DNA of 64,000 nucleotides from Anaerolineales bacterium. GTDB lineage: Bacteria; Chloroflexota; Anaerolineae; Anaerolineales; UBA4823. Below, one piece after another: positions 9,016 to 19,178 of the stretch (positions are counted from its first letter, which is position 1; every line of letters starts with the position of its first letter). Where the stretch lies: positions 8,142 to 72,141 of the forward strand of contig JANXBJ010000006.1 of NCBI GenBank assembly GCA_025057645.1, given 5' to 3'. Under the pieces are notes generated by a model. It made no database searches, was not told where the DNA came from, and saw only the letters and a program-made list of their open reading frames with translations. The translations under genes and the position numbers were made by a program.

Positions 9016-9684
9016 ATGAAAAGAGAGATAGAGAACGTACCCTTTCTGGTCGCCCAAGGGGGGCCGCTGAACGGGCAGCGTTGGGCAATTCTGAGCGAAC
9101 TACTCATTGGCAGGGATGAACGCTGCGATATTGTTATCCCCGATCGCCAAGTCTCCCGCCACCATGCTCGCGTTTCACCCACGGCTAAGGGAATCCAAAT
9201 CGAGGATTTAGAGAGCAAAAACGGCACTCATGTTAACGGTAATCCTATCTTTCACCCGACCCTTCTCCAAGATGGCGACATAATCCAGATTGCTCTCGCT
9301 CAAGTGTTTTACTTCCTCAGTTCGGACGCCACTCTTCCCCTAGAGGAGCCCTCTCTTCTTGCTAGCCCACATCCAACTCGAGCCTTGCGGTTGGACAAAC
9401 GTTCCCGCCGGGTGTGGATTCGGGATCAAGAAATCCTCCCCCCCCTCTCTTTACCCCAATATACTCTACTGGAAGTGCTTTACGACCATCCAGACCAAGT
9501 GGTCTCTCGGGCTGAGCTGATCGAAGCCATCTGGGGAGAGAAGGAAGCGGTTTCGGTCTCAGATCAAGCCTTGGATGCTCTAGTTCGCCGCCTACGTCAG
9601 CGGCTAAGCGAAGCCGATCCTGAGCACGAGTACATCCAGACCGTACGCGGCCACGGTCTCAGGCTGAACAACCCACACTACTGA
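9016..9684 (+). CDS. FHA domain plus OmpR/PhoB-type winged-helix DNA-binding protein
   Basis: FHA signature (GRDERCDIVIPDRQVSRHHA...SKNGTHVNG). The C-terminal Trans_reg_C-like segment is LTPLEYTLLEVL-type (QYTLLEVLYDHPDQVVSRAELI...VRGHGLRL). The ATG at 9016 is preceded by GAAGGAGG (the ORF opens at 8899). Confidence 0.85.
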   Translation: MKREIENVPFLVAQGGPLNGQRWAILSELLIGRDERCDIVIPDRQVSRHHARVSPTAKGIQIEDLESKNGTHVNGNPIFHPTLLQDGDIIQIALAQVFYFLSSDATLPLEEPSLLASPHPTRALRLDKRSRRVWIRDQEILPPLSLPQYTLLEVLYDHPDQVVSRAELIEAIWGEKEAVSVSDQALDALVRRLRQRLSEADPEHEYIQTVRGHGLRLNNPHY

Positions 9685-11030
9685 GAAGCCCGCAAGCTCC
9701 GCTCCATCGAAAAGCGCAACATCATTTTGTAAAGCGCAGCTAAGCGAGCCCCCAAGTCCGGGTTCTCGCCTTGTTGGAGCTGATAGACCAGATTGGCGAC
9801 TGTATTCACAAACTCCGGGGTAATTTTCTCCGCATTTTGCTCCAGAATACGCCGTTGTTCGGCCTCGCTTTCTGCTCCGAGAAGCTGATCGATTAATTGC
9901 ATCTCTTCTGAGGGAGCGCTAGCCTTTTCAATAAGGGCTACGAGCTTGCGGAGTTTCTCCAGACGGACCTCATCCTCCTGTTGCTCTGCCTCCTCTAGGG
10001 CATGATTCAACACGGACAAAAAGAGGCCATCGATCACAGGGCTGTATTTGATCAATCCTTGCTCAACGTCCGCTTCGGAGAGAACTCTCTCCAACCTCTG
10101 ACGTGCCTGCTCTGCTCTTTGAGCCAGCTCTTGGTCATACTCTTGCGTCAACTGCAGCAACTGCTCGCGCAGCTTGACCAGCCTTGCCCGCCCATCACCC
10201 CGCGCTCGGTCAATTCGCTCACTGAGAAGCTGGAAAAACTGATAATCCATCCCAGCTCGAGCCAAGCTAACCAAGGCTCTCAAGCGATCCTCGTTCGGCG
10301 CACTTATGACAATCTCTAACAACTTTTTGCGGTCGAGGGATTCCCCGGCATCCTTAAGGGTTCTTAAGGCTTCTTCCACTTCTCGGACTTGTCGCGTGAG
10401 TTCACGCCCGAGGCTCGACTCCTCCATAACGAGTTTTTGCAAGTCAGCCAACTTGCGCGCAGACTGCTCATCTCGACTTGCACTCGAAAGCTCAAGCAAT
10501 CGCTCTAACAAGGCGAGAAATTGCTCGTCAATAAGCTGATCCTCTTGACGGACGATTTCTCTCTGAACGTCAAGAGAAGAGGCCTGCAACAAGCGCTGGA
10601 TTAACGAGAGTCGCTGTTGTTGGGCCTGAAGCATCTCACGCGTGATCCCATCGGCCTCGAGAACCCGCTCAATCAGTCCCTGGAGCGTCAGGGTTTGCTG
10701 TGGACGCAGGAGATAAGCCTTGCGCTTCTCCTGAGGCAAACGGCTCATTACCTGATTAATCAAGCCTCCGATCATTCGCTCTTGCTCATTTGGGGGCAAA
10801 CCAAGCTCCGGCGGAACGAAGGTGAGCAAAAGCTCCTTATCGGGGTCATGGTAGACAATTGGCATCGCTGCCGTGCCTCGAAATCCGCAGTGAGGGCATT
10901 GGAGCAAATTAAACGCCCCTGAAAGCAATTTCTGCTTGGCGGTGGGATCCTGATTCAAATCAAAAAGCTGCTCGATCTCGGCCGGCACAGGTCTTTTACA
11001 GTTCGGACAATTCACGATAGCTCTTGGCAT
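9678..11030 (-). CDS. CpXC zinc-ribbon domain protein with a long helical E/R/L/Q-rich C-terminal region
   Basis: CPNC...CPHC pairs at the N-terminus, then ~330 aa of predicted helix. The ATG at 11030 has a GGAGTGG Shine-Dalgarno (the ORF opens at 11144 inside the kinase gene). Confidence 0.7.
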   Translation of the reverse strand: MPRAIVNCPNCKRPVPAEIEQLFDLNQDPTAKQKLLSGAFNLLQCPHCGFRGTAAMPIVYHDPDKELLLTFVPPELGLPPNEQERMIGGLINQVMSRLPQEKRKAYLLRPQQTLTLQGLIERVLEADGITREMLQAQQQRLSLIQRLLQASSLDVQREIVRQEDQLIDEQFLALLERLLELSSASRDEQSARKLADLQKLVMEESSLGRELTRQVREVEEALRTLKDAGESLDRKKLLEIVISAPNEDRLRALVSLARAGMDYQFFQLLSERIDRARGDGRARLVKLREQLLQLTQEYDQELAQRAEQARQRLERVLSEADVEQGLIKYSPVIDGLFLSVLNHALEEAEQQEDEVRLEKLRKLVALIEKASAPSEEMQLIDQLLGAESEAEQRRILEQNAEKITPEFVNTVANLVYQLQQGENPDLGARLAALYKMMLRFSMERSLRASQ

Positions 11031-11043
11031 AACCACTCCATTG

Positions 11044-12609
11044 TCATTTTTTTCGTTTGGCATCTTTGGGCAAAGAAAAGCAAATGCGCGTTCCTTTGTC
11101 AGTTTTCGGATCCACCCAGATCCGACCTCCATGAGCTTCGACAACCGCTCTCGCTAGATATAACCCCAAACCGGCCCCTTTTGTTGTCCGTTTTGCCACC
11201 TCTGAGCGGTAGAAGCGGTCGAAAACGTGAGGAATATCTTCTGGGGAAATCCCACACCCTTCATCAGAGACACAAATCACAACTTGTTCGGAACGAACGC
11301 TTCCAGTGATACGGATCTCGCCCCCCTCTGGGGAATACTTAATCGCATTCGAAAGCAAATTGGAGAGAAGTTGAGAAATGCGGTTCTCATCCGCCATAAT
11401 TATAGGCAGATCCTCTGGCAAGTCGACGACAAACGTGTGGAGAGCGGTCTGAGTGCGGAACTTTTCCACAATACGGCGAATCAGGGGCGCAAGAGCTACA
11501 TCTGCCAGATTTATGGATAAAGCTCCGGCTTGCAAACGGGTTGCATCGAGGAGATTTTCGATCAACTCAGTTAGACGATCTGCTTCCTCTTCAATGACTT
11601 CAAGGCTATCTCGCACAATCGAGGTATCCCAATGAGCATCCTCACGACGCAAAGTGCTGACATATCCCTTAATCAGAGCCACCGGGGTCTTTAGTTCATG
11701 ACTAATAACCGAAATAAAAGTCGTCTTAAGCTCATCCGCTTCTCGAAAGCGAGTAATGTCCCGTACGGTGGCCACAATACTTACTAAGGCACCCTCCTGC
11801 ATAAGGGGCGCATAGGTGATCCCAACCGGCAGAGGAACCCCACTCGGACGCTGCAGATCGCCCTCGACATATAAGGTGGCGTTTGAGGTCAGCGGCCATC
11901 CCTCCGCTTCCGCCTTTTCTAGAGTCATCTCATCTTGCTGCTTGGCAAAGACCACTACATCCTCGTGCCTGCGCCCGAGGATGGCTTCTTTAGGAATCCC
12001 GACCATGCGCACAAACGCCGGATTACAGCGTTCGATTCGATGGTCGGCGGCGATAATCAAAATCCCATCTGCAGCCGAATCCAGTACTGCATCTAAGTAT
12101 TGCTTTTCGCGCCGGACCTGTGTGTAGAGCTGGGCATTATAGACCGCAATCGCCGCCTGGTCGGCGAAACTCTCCAGCAGCGCCCGATCATTTGGAGAAA
12201 ACACGCCCGCATAGTTGCGAAAGATAAAAATCAGCCCGATAACTCGCCCGCGCACAACCAAGGGCAATCCCACTCCGGTGAGCCAGCCAAAACTAGCCGT
12301 ACGGGTGAGCTGCTGGACTAAGTGGTTGATCTGGGATAAATCCAGCAAGCTTGGGTCTCTCTGACTAGAGAGCTGACCCAGCAGGGCTTCGAGATAGCGC
12401 AGAAACGGATTAGCAACCCCAATGGAGGCCGGAACCAGCCAACCTTGGCGATCGTCCCACAGGGCAATCAGCCCCGCCTGACCGGCAAGCATCTCGATCG
12501 AAATGTTCAGAATGCGCGCCAGGAGTTTATTGAGATTTAACTCCTGGGTGATCGCTCGGCTGATCTCTAGAAGATAATCCCGTTGACGAACACGAAAGTC
12601 AGGTAACAA
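11044..12609 (-). CDS. Cytoplasmic GAF-PAS sensor histidine kinase
   Basis: H-box ISHELKTPV, N-box LLSNAIKYS, G1 DEGCGI, G2 GAGLGL. No TM segment. TTG start overlaps the upstream gene by 11 nt. Confidence 0.9.
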   Translation of the reverse strand: MLPDFRVRQRDYLLEISRAITQELNLNKLLARILNISIEMLAGQAGLIALWDDRQGWLVPASIGVANPFLRYLEALLGQLSSQRDPSLLDLSQINHLVQQLTRTASFGWLTGVGLPLVVRGRVIGLIFIFRNYAGVFSPNDRALLESFADQAAIAVYNAQLYTQVRREKQYLDAVLDSAADGILIIAADHRIERCNPAFVRMVGIPKEAILGRRHEDVVVFAKQQDEMTLEKAEAEGWPLTSNATLYVEGDLQRPSGVPLPVGITYAPLMQEGALVSIVATVRDITRFREADELKTTFISVISHELKTPVALIKGYVSTLRREDAHWDTSIVRDSLEVIEEEADRLTELIENLLDATRLQAGALSINLADVALAPLIRRIVEKFRTQTALHTFVVDLPEDLPIIMADENRISQLLSNLLSNAIKYSPEGGEIRITGSVRSEQVVICVSDEGCGISPEDIPHVFDRFYRSEVAKRTTKGAGLGLYLARAVVEAHGGRIWVDPKTDKGTRICFSLPKDAKRKK

Positions 12610-13936
12610 GGGTTAAGGTCTCACTCTCACTGACAGTGATTGCTTCCTCGAGAATCTCCACGGCCTTGTCGATTTCTGCTCGAGTTACACATAACGGGGG
12701 CGAAATTCGAATTGCGCTTCTTCCACACCCTAAGACCAAGAGCCCGCGTCGAAACGCATTCTCGATGACCGCATCGCGTAATCTCTCTGCGTAAGCTTTC
12801 GTCTCTAGGTCTTCTACAAACTCAACTCCCACCATCAACCCCTTGCCGCGAACATCACCGATGGAGGGGTGGCGGAACTGGATATCCAACAAACACTTTA
12901 ACAGGTACTCCCCCGCTTCGGCAGCATTCTGAAGATATTCCTGTTCAATCAATTCAAGGGTCGCCAAGGCCGCCGCACAAGCAATCGGATTGCCTCCGTA
13001 GGTATTCCCATGAGCTCCCTTCGGCCAATGTCTCATAATGCGTTCCTTAGCAATGGTTGCCCCTAACGGCAACCCCGAGGCAATTCCCTTAGCAGTGCAC
13101 ACGATATCCGGCTCTACCCCCCAGTGTTCAATTGCCCACCACTTTCCGGTACGCCCCACACCGCTTTGCACTTCATCAACAATGAGCAGAATGCCATGCC
13201 GATCACACAAGTCCCTCAGAGCCGGGAAAAAGCCCGCCGGAGGGACGATATATCCCCCTTCTCCTTGGATCGGCTCGACTAAGATGCCCGCAACATTCTC
13301 CGGAGGTAAAACTTGGCGGAAGATCTGCTCTTCAATGTAACGAACAACTGTTACGCCGTAATCCTCACCCTCTTTCGAAATCAGCACTGGTCGATATGGA
13401 TCGGGATAAGGCACATGGGTAACACCGCTCATCAGGGGATAAAAATTGCGGTGGTAGAGCGATTTGCTGGCTGTAAAGGTAACGGCTCCAAGGGTGCGCC
13501 CGTGAAATCCTCCAAGAAACCCAATGAATTCCGTTCGTCCTGTGTAATGGCGGGCCAGTTTGATAGCTGTTTCGATACTTTCTGCGCCTGAATTGGTCAT
13601 AAAAGAAACAGCCTGACTTGAGAATGGCGCAATTTCGTTCAGCTTTTCCGCCAGCTCGACCCACTTAAGGTGATAAAAATCGGAGGAGATATGCAAAAAT
13701 TTTTCAGCCTGCTCCTGAATTGCTCTGACCACTTTAGGGTGGCTGTGACCGGTCGAAACCACTGCAATTCCAGCAGCGAAATCTAGAAATCGGTTTCCAT
13801 CTACATCCCAAACTTCCGTCCCCCGACCGTGAGCCATGACAAAAGGAACACTGCGAGGATAAGAGGGCGAAATCACCTCCCGATCGCGCTCGATGATCGC
13901 TCTCGCTTTAGGCCCGGGCAGGTTCAGAATCTGCAT
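12599..13936 (-). CDS. Class III (omega) aminotransferase, GabT/ArgD-like
   Basis: DEVQSGVGRTGKWW plus TAKGIASG (PLP lysine) and the N-terminal GIAVVSTGHSHP motif. Confidence 0.85.
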   Translation of the reverse strand: MQILNLPGPKARAIIERDREVISPSYPRSVPFVMAHGRGTEVWDVDGNRFLDFAAGIAVVSTGHSHPKVVRAIQEQAEKFLHISSDFYHLKWVELAEKLNEIAPFSSQAVSFMTNSGAESIETAIKLARHYTGRTEFIGFLGGFHGRTLGAVTFTASKSLYHRNFYPLMSGVTHVPYPDPYRPVLISKEGEDYGVTVVRYIEEQIFRQVLPPENVAGILVEPIQGEGGYIVPPAGFFPALRDLCDRHGILLIVDEVQSGVGRTGKWWAIEHWGVEPDIVCTAKGIASGLPLGATIAKERIMRHWPKGAHGNTYGGNPIACAAALATLELIEQEYLQNAAEAGEYLLKCLLDIQFRHPSIGDVRGKGLMVGVEFVEDLETKAYAERLRDAVIENAFRRGLLVLGCGRSAIRISPPLCVTRAEIDKAVEILEEAITVSESETLTLVT

Positions 13937-13986
13937 AGAGAAGCTCCTCTTCGGATGAGATCATCTCCATATATCCCAACATAAAA

Positions 13987-13995
13987 ATTATAACA
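13987..13995 (-). promoter_or_regulatory. Extended -10 (TGtTATAAT) for the aminotransferase-kinase-CpXC operon
   Basis: Reverse complement of attataaca, about 50 nt upstream of the ATG at 13936, which has a GAGGAG Shine-Dalgarno. Confidence 0.4.
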
Positions 13996-14117
13996 TTACT
14001 TAACCCTCGGCTAAACTGAAGACCTGGCCTTCTACCCTCATTAGATTGGGAAAGCAAACTCAGACGCGCCACTCCCATCACCACTTCCGAGTAATTCGTC
14101 CTCGTGTCAAAGGTCAT

Positions 14118-15044
14118 CTAAAAGTCCCAACGATAATGGACCATCACCGTTAGAAAAGGACGCTGATCGAACCACTCGAAACCGAACGCCCACATCCGCC
14201 AGTCCAATTCATTCTCTGGCGGCGCAGGACGGTAAAGAACTAGATAGTTCAAATTCGCATACTCAAAGGGCCACTGAATATATCCCCTCACCCAATCTGC
14301 GGCTAGTCCCTGAGCCAGAGTGTTGCAAATCTCAACTGCTCCCTGACGCATATCTACCAACAGTGGATATAGAACTTCCAAGAAAGTACCTTCTAGAGCG
14401 GTTTGCAAGGCACCCCCGTCGCCAAACTTATATACTTTTGTCCCAATAAACAGCTCATGCAATTCTGGAGGATAACCTAAAAAGACTTCTGAGGAGGACC
14501 AATGCGTTCGGACGCGCAGCCCATGAATCGGGCTGACCAACTTGGCTAATCCATCCCCATCCTTTTGGTGAAACCTTTCAACCACTTCAAGAGACACCCC
14601 TTGAACCTGAGGGCTAGCACAGAACTGATCCGCAGCATAGGCAGGGGTGAGGTATTCTGCTTGTGCCCATCCTGTAGTTCCATCAGGAAGTCTCAACTCA
14701 ACCCACAACTGCTCTCCAACCCTTTGAGATCGCCCACTAATAGGAAGCCGAGTCTGATTGGCGTCAAGCTGGGCTACGACTTGCGACGTCTCGCCAGGAG
14801 CAGCTAGCACCGGCAAGAACTGACCATCCGGCAGAAAGACTACCGAGACCATCGTTCCCCAAGAGGGAGACGGAGTAGGAGCGAGAGTAGGCGTTGTTGC
14901 AGCTGTTGAGGTAGGAGAAGAAGTCGGGGTCGAAGGGGCTTCAAGCGAAGCAACTAAGGAAGCCTCCCCTTGAGATGTTCCCACTCCACAAGACGTAAGA
15001 AAGAGAGGGAAAAGAAGGCAATAGCGGAATCGTCTAAACAGCAA
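14118..15044 (-). CDS. Lipoprotein with a P/T/S-rich linker and an SH3b-like domain
   Basis: Lipobox LFLTSCG, and an SH3b-like WVELRLPDGTTGWAQAEYL segment. TTG start 3 nt after the Lon stop. Confidence 0.6.
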   Translation of the reverse strand: MLFRRFRYCLLFPLFLTSCGVGTSQGEASLVASLEAPSTPTSSPTSTAATTPTLAPTPSPSWGTMVSVVFLPDGQFLPVLAAPGETSQVVAQLDANQTRLPISGRSQRVGEQLWVELRLPDGTTGWAQAEYLTPAYAADQFCASPQVQGVSLEVVERFHQKDGDGLAKLVSPIHGLRVRTHWSSSEVFLGYPPELHELFIGTKVYKFGDGGALQTALEGTFLEVLYPLLVDMRQGAVEICNTLAQGLAADWVRGYIQWPFEYANLNYLVLYRPAPPENELDWRMWAFGFEWFDQRPFLTVMVHYRWDF

Positions 15045-15047
15045 TGT

Positions 15048-17621
15048 CTATGCCCCGGGTTGAGTGACGGTGGACTGGACTTTTCGACGTGTGTAGGTTC
15101 GACGCGCTGTTGTTTCCTCTTCGGATTTCTCCTCTTGATCCTCTTCCATTAGCCTCTTGAGCAGGCGAAGGTGCTTGCGCTTCGGAGGTGCTGTGGAGAG
15201 AGCCACTTGGAGAACCTGGTCCATCTCCTCTACCGGGACAATTTTCAACTCGTCTCGTGCTTTCTTCGGCACGTCAATCAAATCTTTCATGTTCCGCTTC
15301 GGCAGAACCACGGTTTTCAGGCCGGCACGGTGGGCAGCCAAAACTTTTTCCCTAATTCCGCCAACCGGCAGAATCCGACCCCGCAAGGTGATCTCACCGG
15401 TCATTCCGACATCCTTCAATACCTCCCTGCCCGTAAAGGCGGAAACCAGTGCAGTGCAGATCGTTACGCCAGCACTAGGTCCATCTTTGGGAACCGAACC
15501 CTCTGGAATATGGATGTGAATATCTACTTTCTCAAAGAGGCTCATCTTGAGATTGAAATCCTCTGCGCGCGACCTTAAGTAGGAGAGCGCTGCTTGGGCC
15601 GACTCTTGCATCACGCTTCCAACTTGGCCGGTAATCTGCAAGTTACCCTTGCCTTCCATGAGGAGCACTTCTACAGGCATAATCTCTCCCCCGTATTCCG
15701 TCCAGGCTACAGCCGTAGCCACTCCGACCTCGTTTTTCCGCTCCGCTTCAAGGTTATAGAATTGAGGAGGACCGAGATATTTCTCCACTAGATTGGGAGT
15801 AACTAAAGTGGGATGCCGCTTGCCCTCTGCCTTTGCGCGAGCAATCTTGCGACAGATACGACCGATCTCGCGCTCCAAGTTCCGCACCCCTGCCTCATAG
15901 GTATATTCTCGGATAATCTTGGTGAGCGCGCTAGGTGTGAAACGAATCTGCGTTCCCTCCAATCCATTTTCCTCAAGCTGGCGTGGGATCAAGAATCGTT
16001 GGGCGATTTCCAGTTTCTCCTCTTCGATATAGCCCGGAAACTCGATCACCTCCATTCGGTCCAGCAACGCCGGAGGAATTGTGCCCGTGTAATTCGCAGT
16101 GGTAATGAACAAAACCTTAGATAAATCGTAGGGAATCTCTAGATAATGATCTGAGAAGGCATAATTTTGCTCTGGGTCCAATACCTCCAACAGTGCCGCA
16201 GCCGGATCACCACGAAAATCTGTGCCCAACTTGTCGATTTCGTCCAGCATGAATAGGGGATTAACGGTGCCGGCTCGTTTCATCGTCTGCAAGATCCGGC
16301 CCGGCAGGGCACCAATGTAGGTCCTCCGATGACCGCGAATCTCCGCTTCATCTCGCACTCCCCCTAACGATAGGCGCACGAACTTCCGCCCAAGAGCATT
16401 GGCGATTGATTGACCCAGGGAGGTCTTTCCTGTTCCCGGCGGTCCGACAAAGCACAAGATCGGCTGGCGCATCCGCTTCGGTTTCAAGTTACGCACTGCG
16501 ATATATTCTAGGATTCGCTCTTTTGCCTTGGGCAATCCGTAATGTTCACGTTCAAGGATTTCGGCAGCGTGTTTCACATCCAGATTATCTTCTGTCTGCT
16601 GGGTCCAGGGCAAATCCAGAATCCAGTCGATGTAGCTCCGCAGAATCCCGACCTCGGGCGACATGGGTGTCATCTGGCTCAGGCGCTCAACCTCCTTCAA
16701 GGCCCTTTCACGTGCCTCGGGTGGCAAGTCGGTAGCTTCAATGCGCGCTTTGAGGTCTTCAATCTCTTGTGTCCATAAGTCCCCTTCACCGAGTTCGGAC
16801 TGGATTGCTTTCATTTGCTCACGCAGGTAGTATTCGCGCTGGCTGCGATCTACCTCACTCTGTGCACGGGAATGGATTTTGTCTTCGAGTTCCAAGACAT
16901 CGGCTTCGCGGGCCAGCAAACTAACCACCTTGTTGAGGCGCACCAGAGGATCAACGGTCATCAGAAACTCTAGGCGTTCTTTTACCGAGGGAGCAATCGT
17001 GGTCACCACCATGTCGGCCAACCAGCCAGGCTCGGCAATGTTAAGAGCATACAGGTAAGCCTCTTCGGGCAAACTGCGATTCAGTTCCACACACTTCTTG
17101 AATAACTCCAATACAGTGCGCATAGTGGCATCCGTCTGGCGGTCCACCTCGCGGCTTTCATCGATGACACGCGCCCTCGCCTTCATGAAGGGATGAAGTT
17201 GGGTGAACTCAACCACTTGAACGCGGCGTCTCCCTTGAACTAGAGCAGAACTTGAGCCGTCCGGCATTTCCAGCAGCCGCCCAACAGCCATCTCCACACC
17301 AATGGGCCATAAATCTTCAGGATTTGGATCATCAACTTCTGGGTCCCGCTGAGTCAAGGCGATCACCGTTTGATCCAAAAGTTGTGCCTCCTCGATCGCC
17401 GCAAGAGAACTCTCCCTCTCGATAAATATCGGCGAAATCATGTGTGGGAAAACCACCAAATCCCTTAGGGGCAGAACAGGGCATTCAATCACCCCGTTCT
17501 CATCAGGTATGCTATCCGGCACTCGGTATAGCTCCTCGGTGCGCTGGTGAAGCGCCTCACCGAATTCTTCTTCTTGACCTCTGGAATACCAATCAAAATC
17601 TCTCATGTTTATCTCGTACAC
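15048..17621 (-). CDS. lon: ATP-dependent Lon protease
   Basis: GPPGTGKTSLGQSIA Walker A and PKDGPSAGVT catalytic Ser motif. The likely ATG is at 17606 (the ORF opens at GTG 17621). Confidence 0.95.
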   Translation of the reverse strand: MYEINMRDFDWYSRGQEEEFGEALHQRTEELYRVPDSIPDENGVIECPVLPLRDLVVFPHMISPIFIERESSLAAIEEAQLLDQTVIALTQRDPEVDDPNPEDLWPIGVEMAVGRLLEMPDGSSSALVQGRRRVQVVEFTQLHPFMKARARVIDESREVDRQTDATMRTVLELFKKCVELNRSLPEEAYLYALNIAEPGWLADMVVTTIAPSVKERLEFLMTVDPLVRLNKVVSLLAREADVLELEDKIHSRAQSEVDRSQREYYLREQMKAIQSELGEGDLWTQEIEDLKARIEATDLPPEARERALKEVERLSQMTPMSPEVGILRSYIDWILDLPWTQQTEDNLDVKHAAEILEREHYGLPKAKERILEYIAVRNLKPKRMRQPILCFVGPPGTGKTSLGQSIANALGRKFVRLSLGGVRDEAEIRGHRRTYIGALPGRILQTMKRAGTVNPLFMLDEIDKLGTDFRGDPAAALLEVLDPEQNYAFSDHYLEIPYDLSKVLFITTANYTGTIPPALLDRMEVIEFPGYIEEEKLEIAQRFLIPRQLEENGLEGTQIRFTPSALTKIIREYTYEAGVRNLEREIGRICRKIARAKAEGKRHPTLVTPNLVEKYLGPPQFYNLEAERKNEVGVATAVAWTEYGGEIMPVEVLLMEGKGNLQITGQVGSVMQESAQAALSYLRSRAEDFNLKMSLFEKVDIHIHIPEGSVPKDGPSAGVTICTALVSAFTGREVLKDVGMTGEITLRGRILPVGGIREKVLAAHRAGLKTVVLPKRNMKDLIDVPKKARDELKIVPVEEMDQVLQVALSTAPPKRKHLRLLKRLMEEDQEEKSEEETTARRTYTRRKVQSTVTQPGA

Positions 17622-17719
17622 CTCTTGAAGATAGAGCTCTTTCCCGGGAGCAAAATGGAGACATCTAACATCCGAGGTCCCCCATTAATCCCTCGTCCAT
17701 CTTGCCCCTAAGTGGGATT

Positions 17720-19102
17720 CTACCTTAAGTTTTTTGAGCTAAGCACCTGTTTGAGCCGCTCAGAGCGCCAAGCTTGACGAGCTTCGGCGACAACGAAGAT
17801 CGAGCCGGTGACCAAAATGGCTTGGTTTTGCGAGACCTTATCAAGAGCTAGCCCCAACGCCTCGGTCACATCGTCAACCACTTGCGCAGAGACACCAGCT
17901 CCATGAGCTTTATCAATTAGCAGCAGAGGAGAGATTGCTCTTGGGTGGAAAGAACGGGTGAAGATCGCCTGTTCAACATGAGGCAGCAGCTCCTCAAACA
18001 TCCCCTCGATATCTTTGTCCTCAGACGCACCAAAGACCAGCAAAACCTTTCGATTGGGAAAGACCTTATGTATGGTGCTCATCAATCGCTCACAAGATTC
18101 GCGGTTGTGGGCACAATCGAGCACTACGGGAGGATCCCTCTGGAGAATCTCAAACCGCCCAGGCCAATGCGTCTTCGAGTAGCCTTCGATGATTTGTTGG
18201 TCGGAAACCGGCAGGGCTTCCTGGCGAAACCGATCGATAGCTAAGTAAGCCACAGCGGCATTTTCCACCTGGTGTTCTCCCAACAAGGGCAATTCAACCT
18301 GAAGTTTTTTAGCCGAGTGTCCATCAGCCTTCAGGGCATCCTGAGAGGGAATGTGAAATTCGATCAATTGATGGGTGAGTTCGGCATGGATAGAATACGC
18401 AGCAATGTCTTGGCCTACCACGGCTAAGGGCGCGTTCCGCTGCTGCGCAATGCGGTGGATTACCTCCATAGCTTCAGGATCTTGAGGGGCGCTGACGACA
18501 GGCACACCTGGCTTGATAATGCCACACTTTTCGGTCGCAATTTCTCGCAATGTGTTGCCAAGCACCATCATATGGTCAAAAGAGATCGAAGTGATTACCG
18601 AGACGACCGGCACCACCACATTGGTGGCGTCTAACCGGCCGCCCAGGCCCACCTCAATCACCGCTGCTTCGACCCCCATCTCCTTGAAGTAAAGGAACGC
18701 TAAAGCCGTGGTGATCTCAAAAGTGGTGAGTCTGGGAACAGCCTCTATATGAGGCTTAATCCTCTCAACCAACTCGACAAGATGGGCATGGGGAATGGGG
18801 GTGCCGTTAACTTGGATGCGCTCTGCATAATCGTCAAGGTGTGGAGAAGTATACATCCCGGTTCGATAGCCTGCAGCATAGAGAATTGAGCTGCACATCG
18901 CAGTGACCGAGCCTTTGCCTTTTGTCCCCGCTACATGAATCAGCGGATAAGCCAAATGGGGGTCGCCCAAGCGACGCAGGAGTTCAGCCATACGTGTAAG
19001 GTCAAACCTTGCTTGAGCCAACCGATCGGCTTTGGTTAGGCTGTAATCCACAAATGAATATAAGTAATCCAGGGCTTGTCGATAAAGACTCTCATCCTCC
19101 AT
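17720..19102 (-). CDS. folC: Folylpolyglutamate synthase / dihydrofolate synthase
   Basis: HVAGTKGKGS P-loop and a Mur-ligase-like layout. Confidence 0.9.
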   Translation of the reverse strand: MEDESLYRQALDYLYSFVDYSLTKADRLAQARFDLTRMAELLRRLGDPHLAYPLIHVAGTKGKGSVTAMCSSILYAAGYRTGMYTSPHLDDYAERIQVNGTPIPHAHLVELVERIKPHIEAVPRLTTFEITTALAFLYFKEMGVEAAVIEVGLGGRLDATNVVVPVVSVITSISFDHMMVLGNTLREIATEKCGIIKPGVPVVSAPQDPEAMEVIHRIAQQRNAPLAVVGQDIAAYSIHAELTHQLIEFHIPSQDALKADGHSAKKLQVELPLLGEHQVENAAVAYLAIDRFRQEALPVSDQQIIEGYSKTHWPGRFEILQRDPPVVLDCAHNRESCERLMSTIHKVFPNRKVLLVFGASEDKDIEGMFEELLPHVEQAIFTRSFHPRAISPLLLIDKAHGAGVSAQVVDDVTEALGLALDKVSQNQAILVTGSIFVVAEARQAWRSERLKQVLSSKNLR

Positions 19103-19178
19103 AGCAGATGGATTGTAACCTCTCGCTGAGAGAATGGCAACCCCCCAGTGGTAAAATTTGGCAGTGAGTTTGAAAAGG

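Noticed and set aside
13908-14117. 69-aa minus-strand ORF filling the gap between the SH3b lipoprotein and aminotransferase genes.
   Set aside because: It has no Shine-Dalgarno, contains the predicted aminotransferase promoter, overlaps the aminotransferase start out of frame, and has unremarkable composition.
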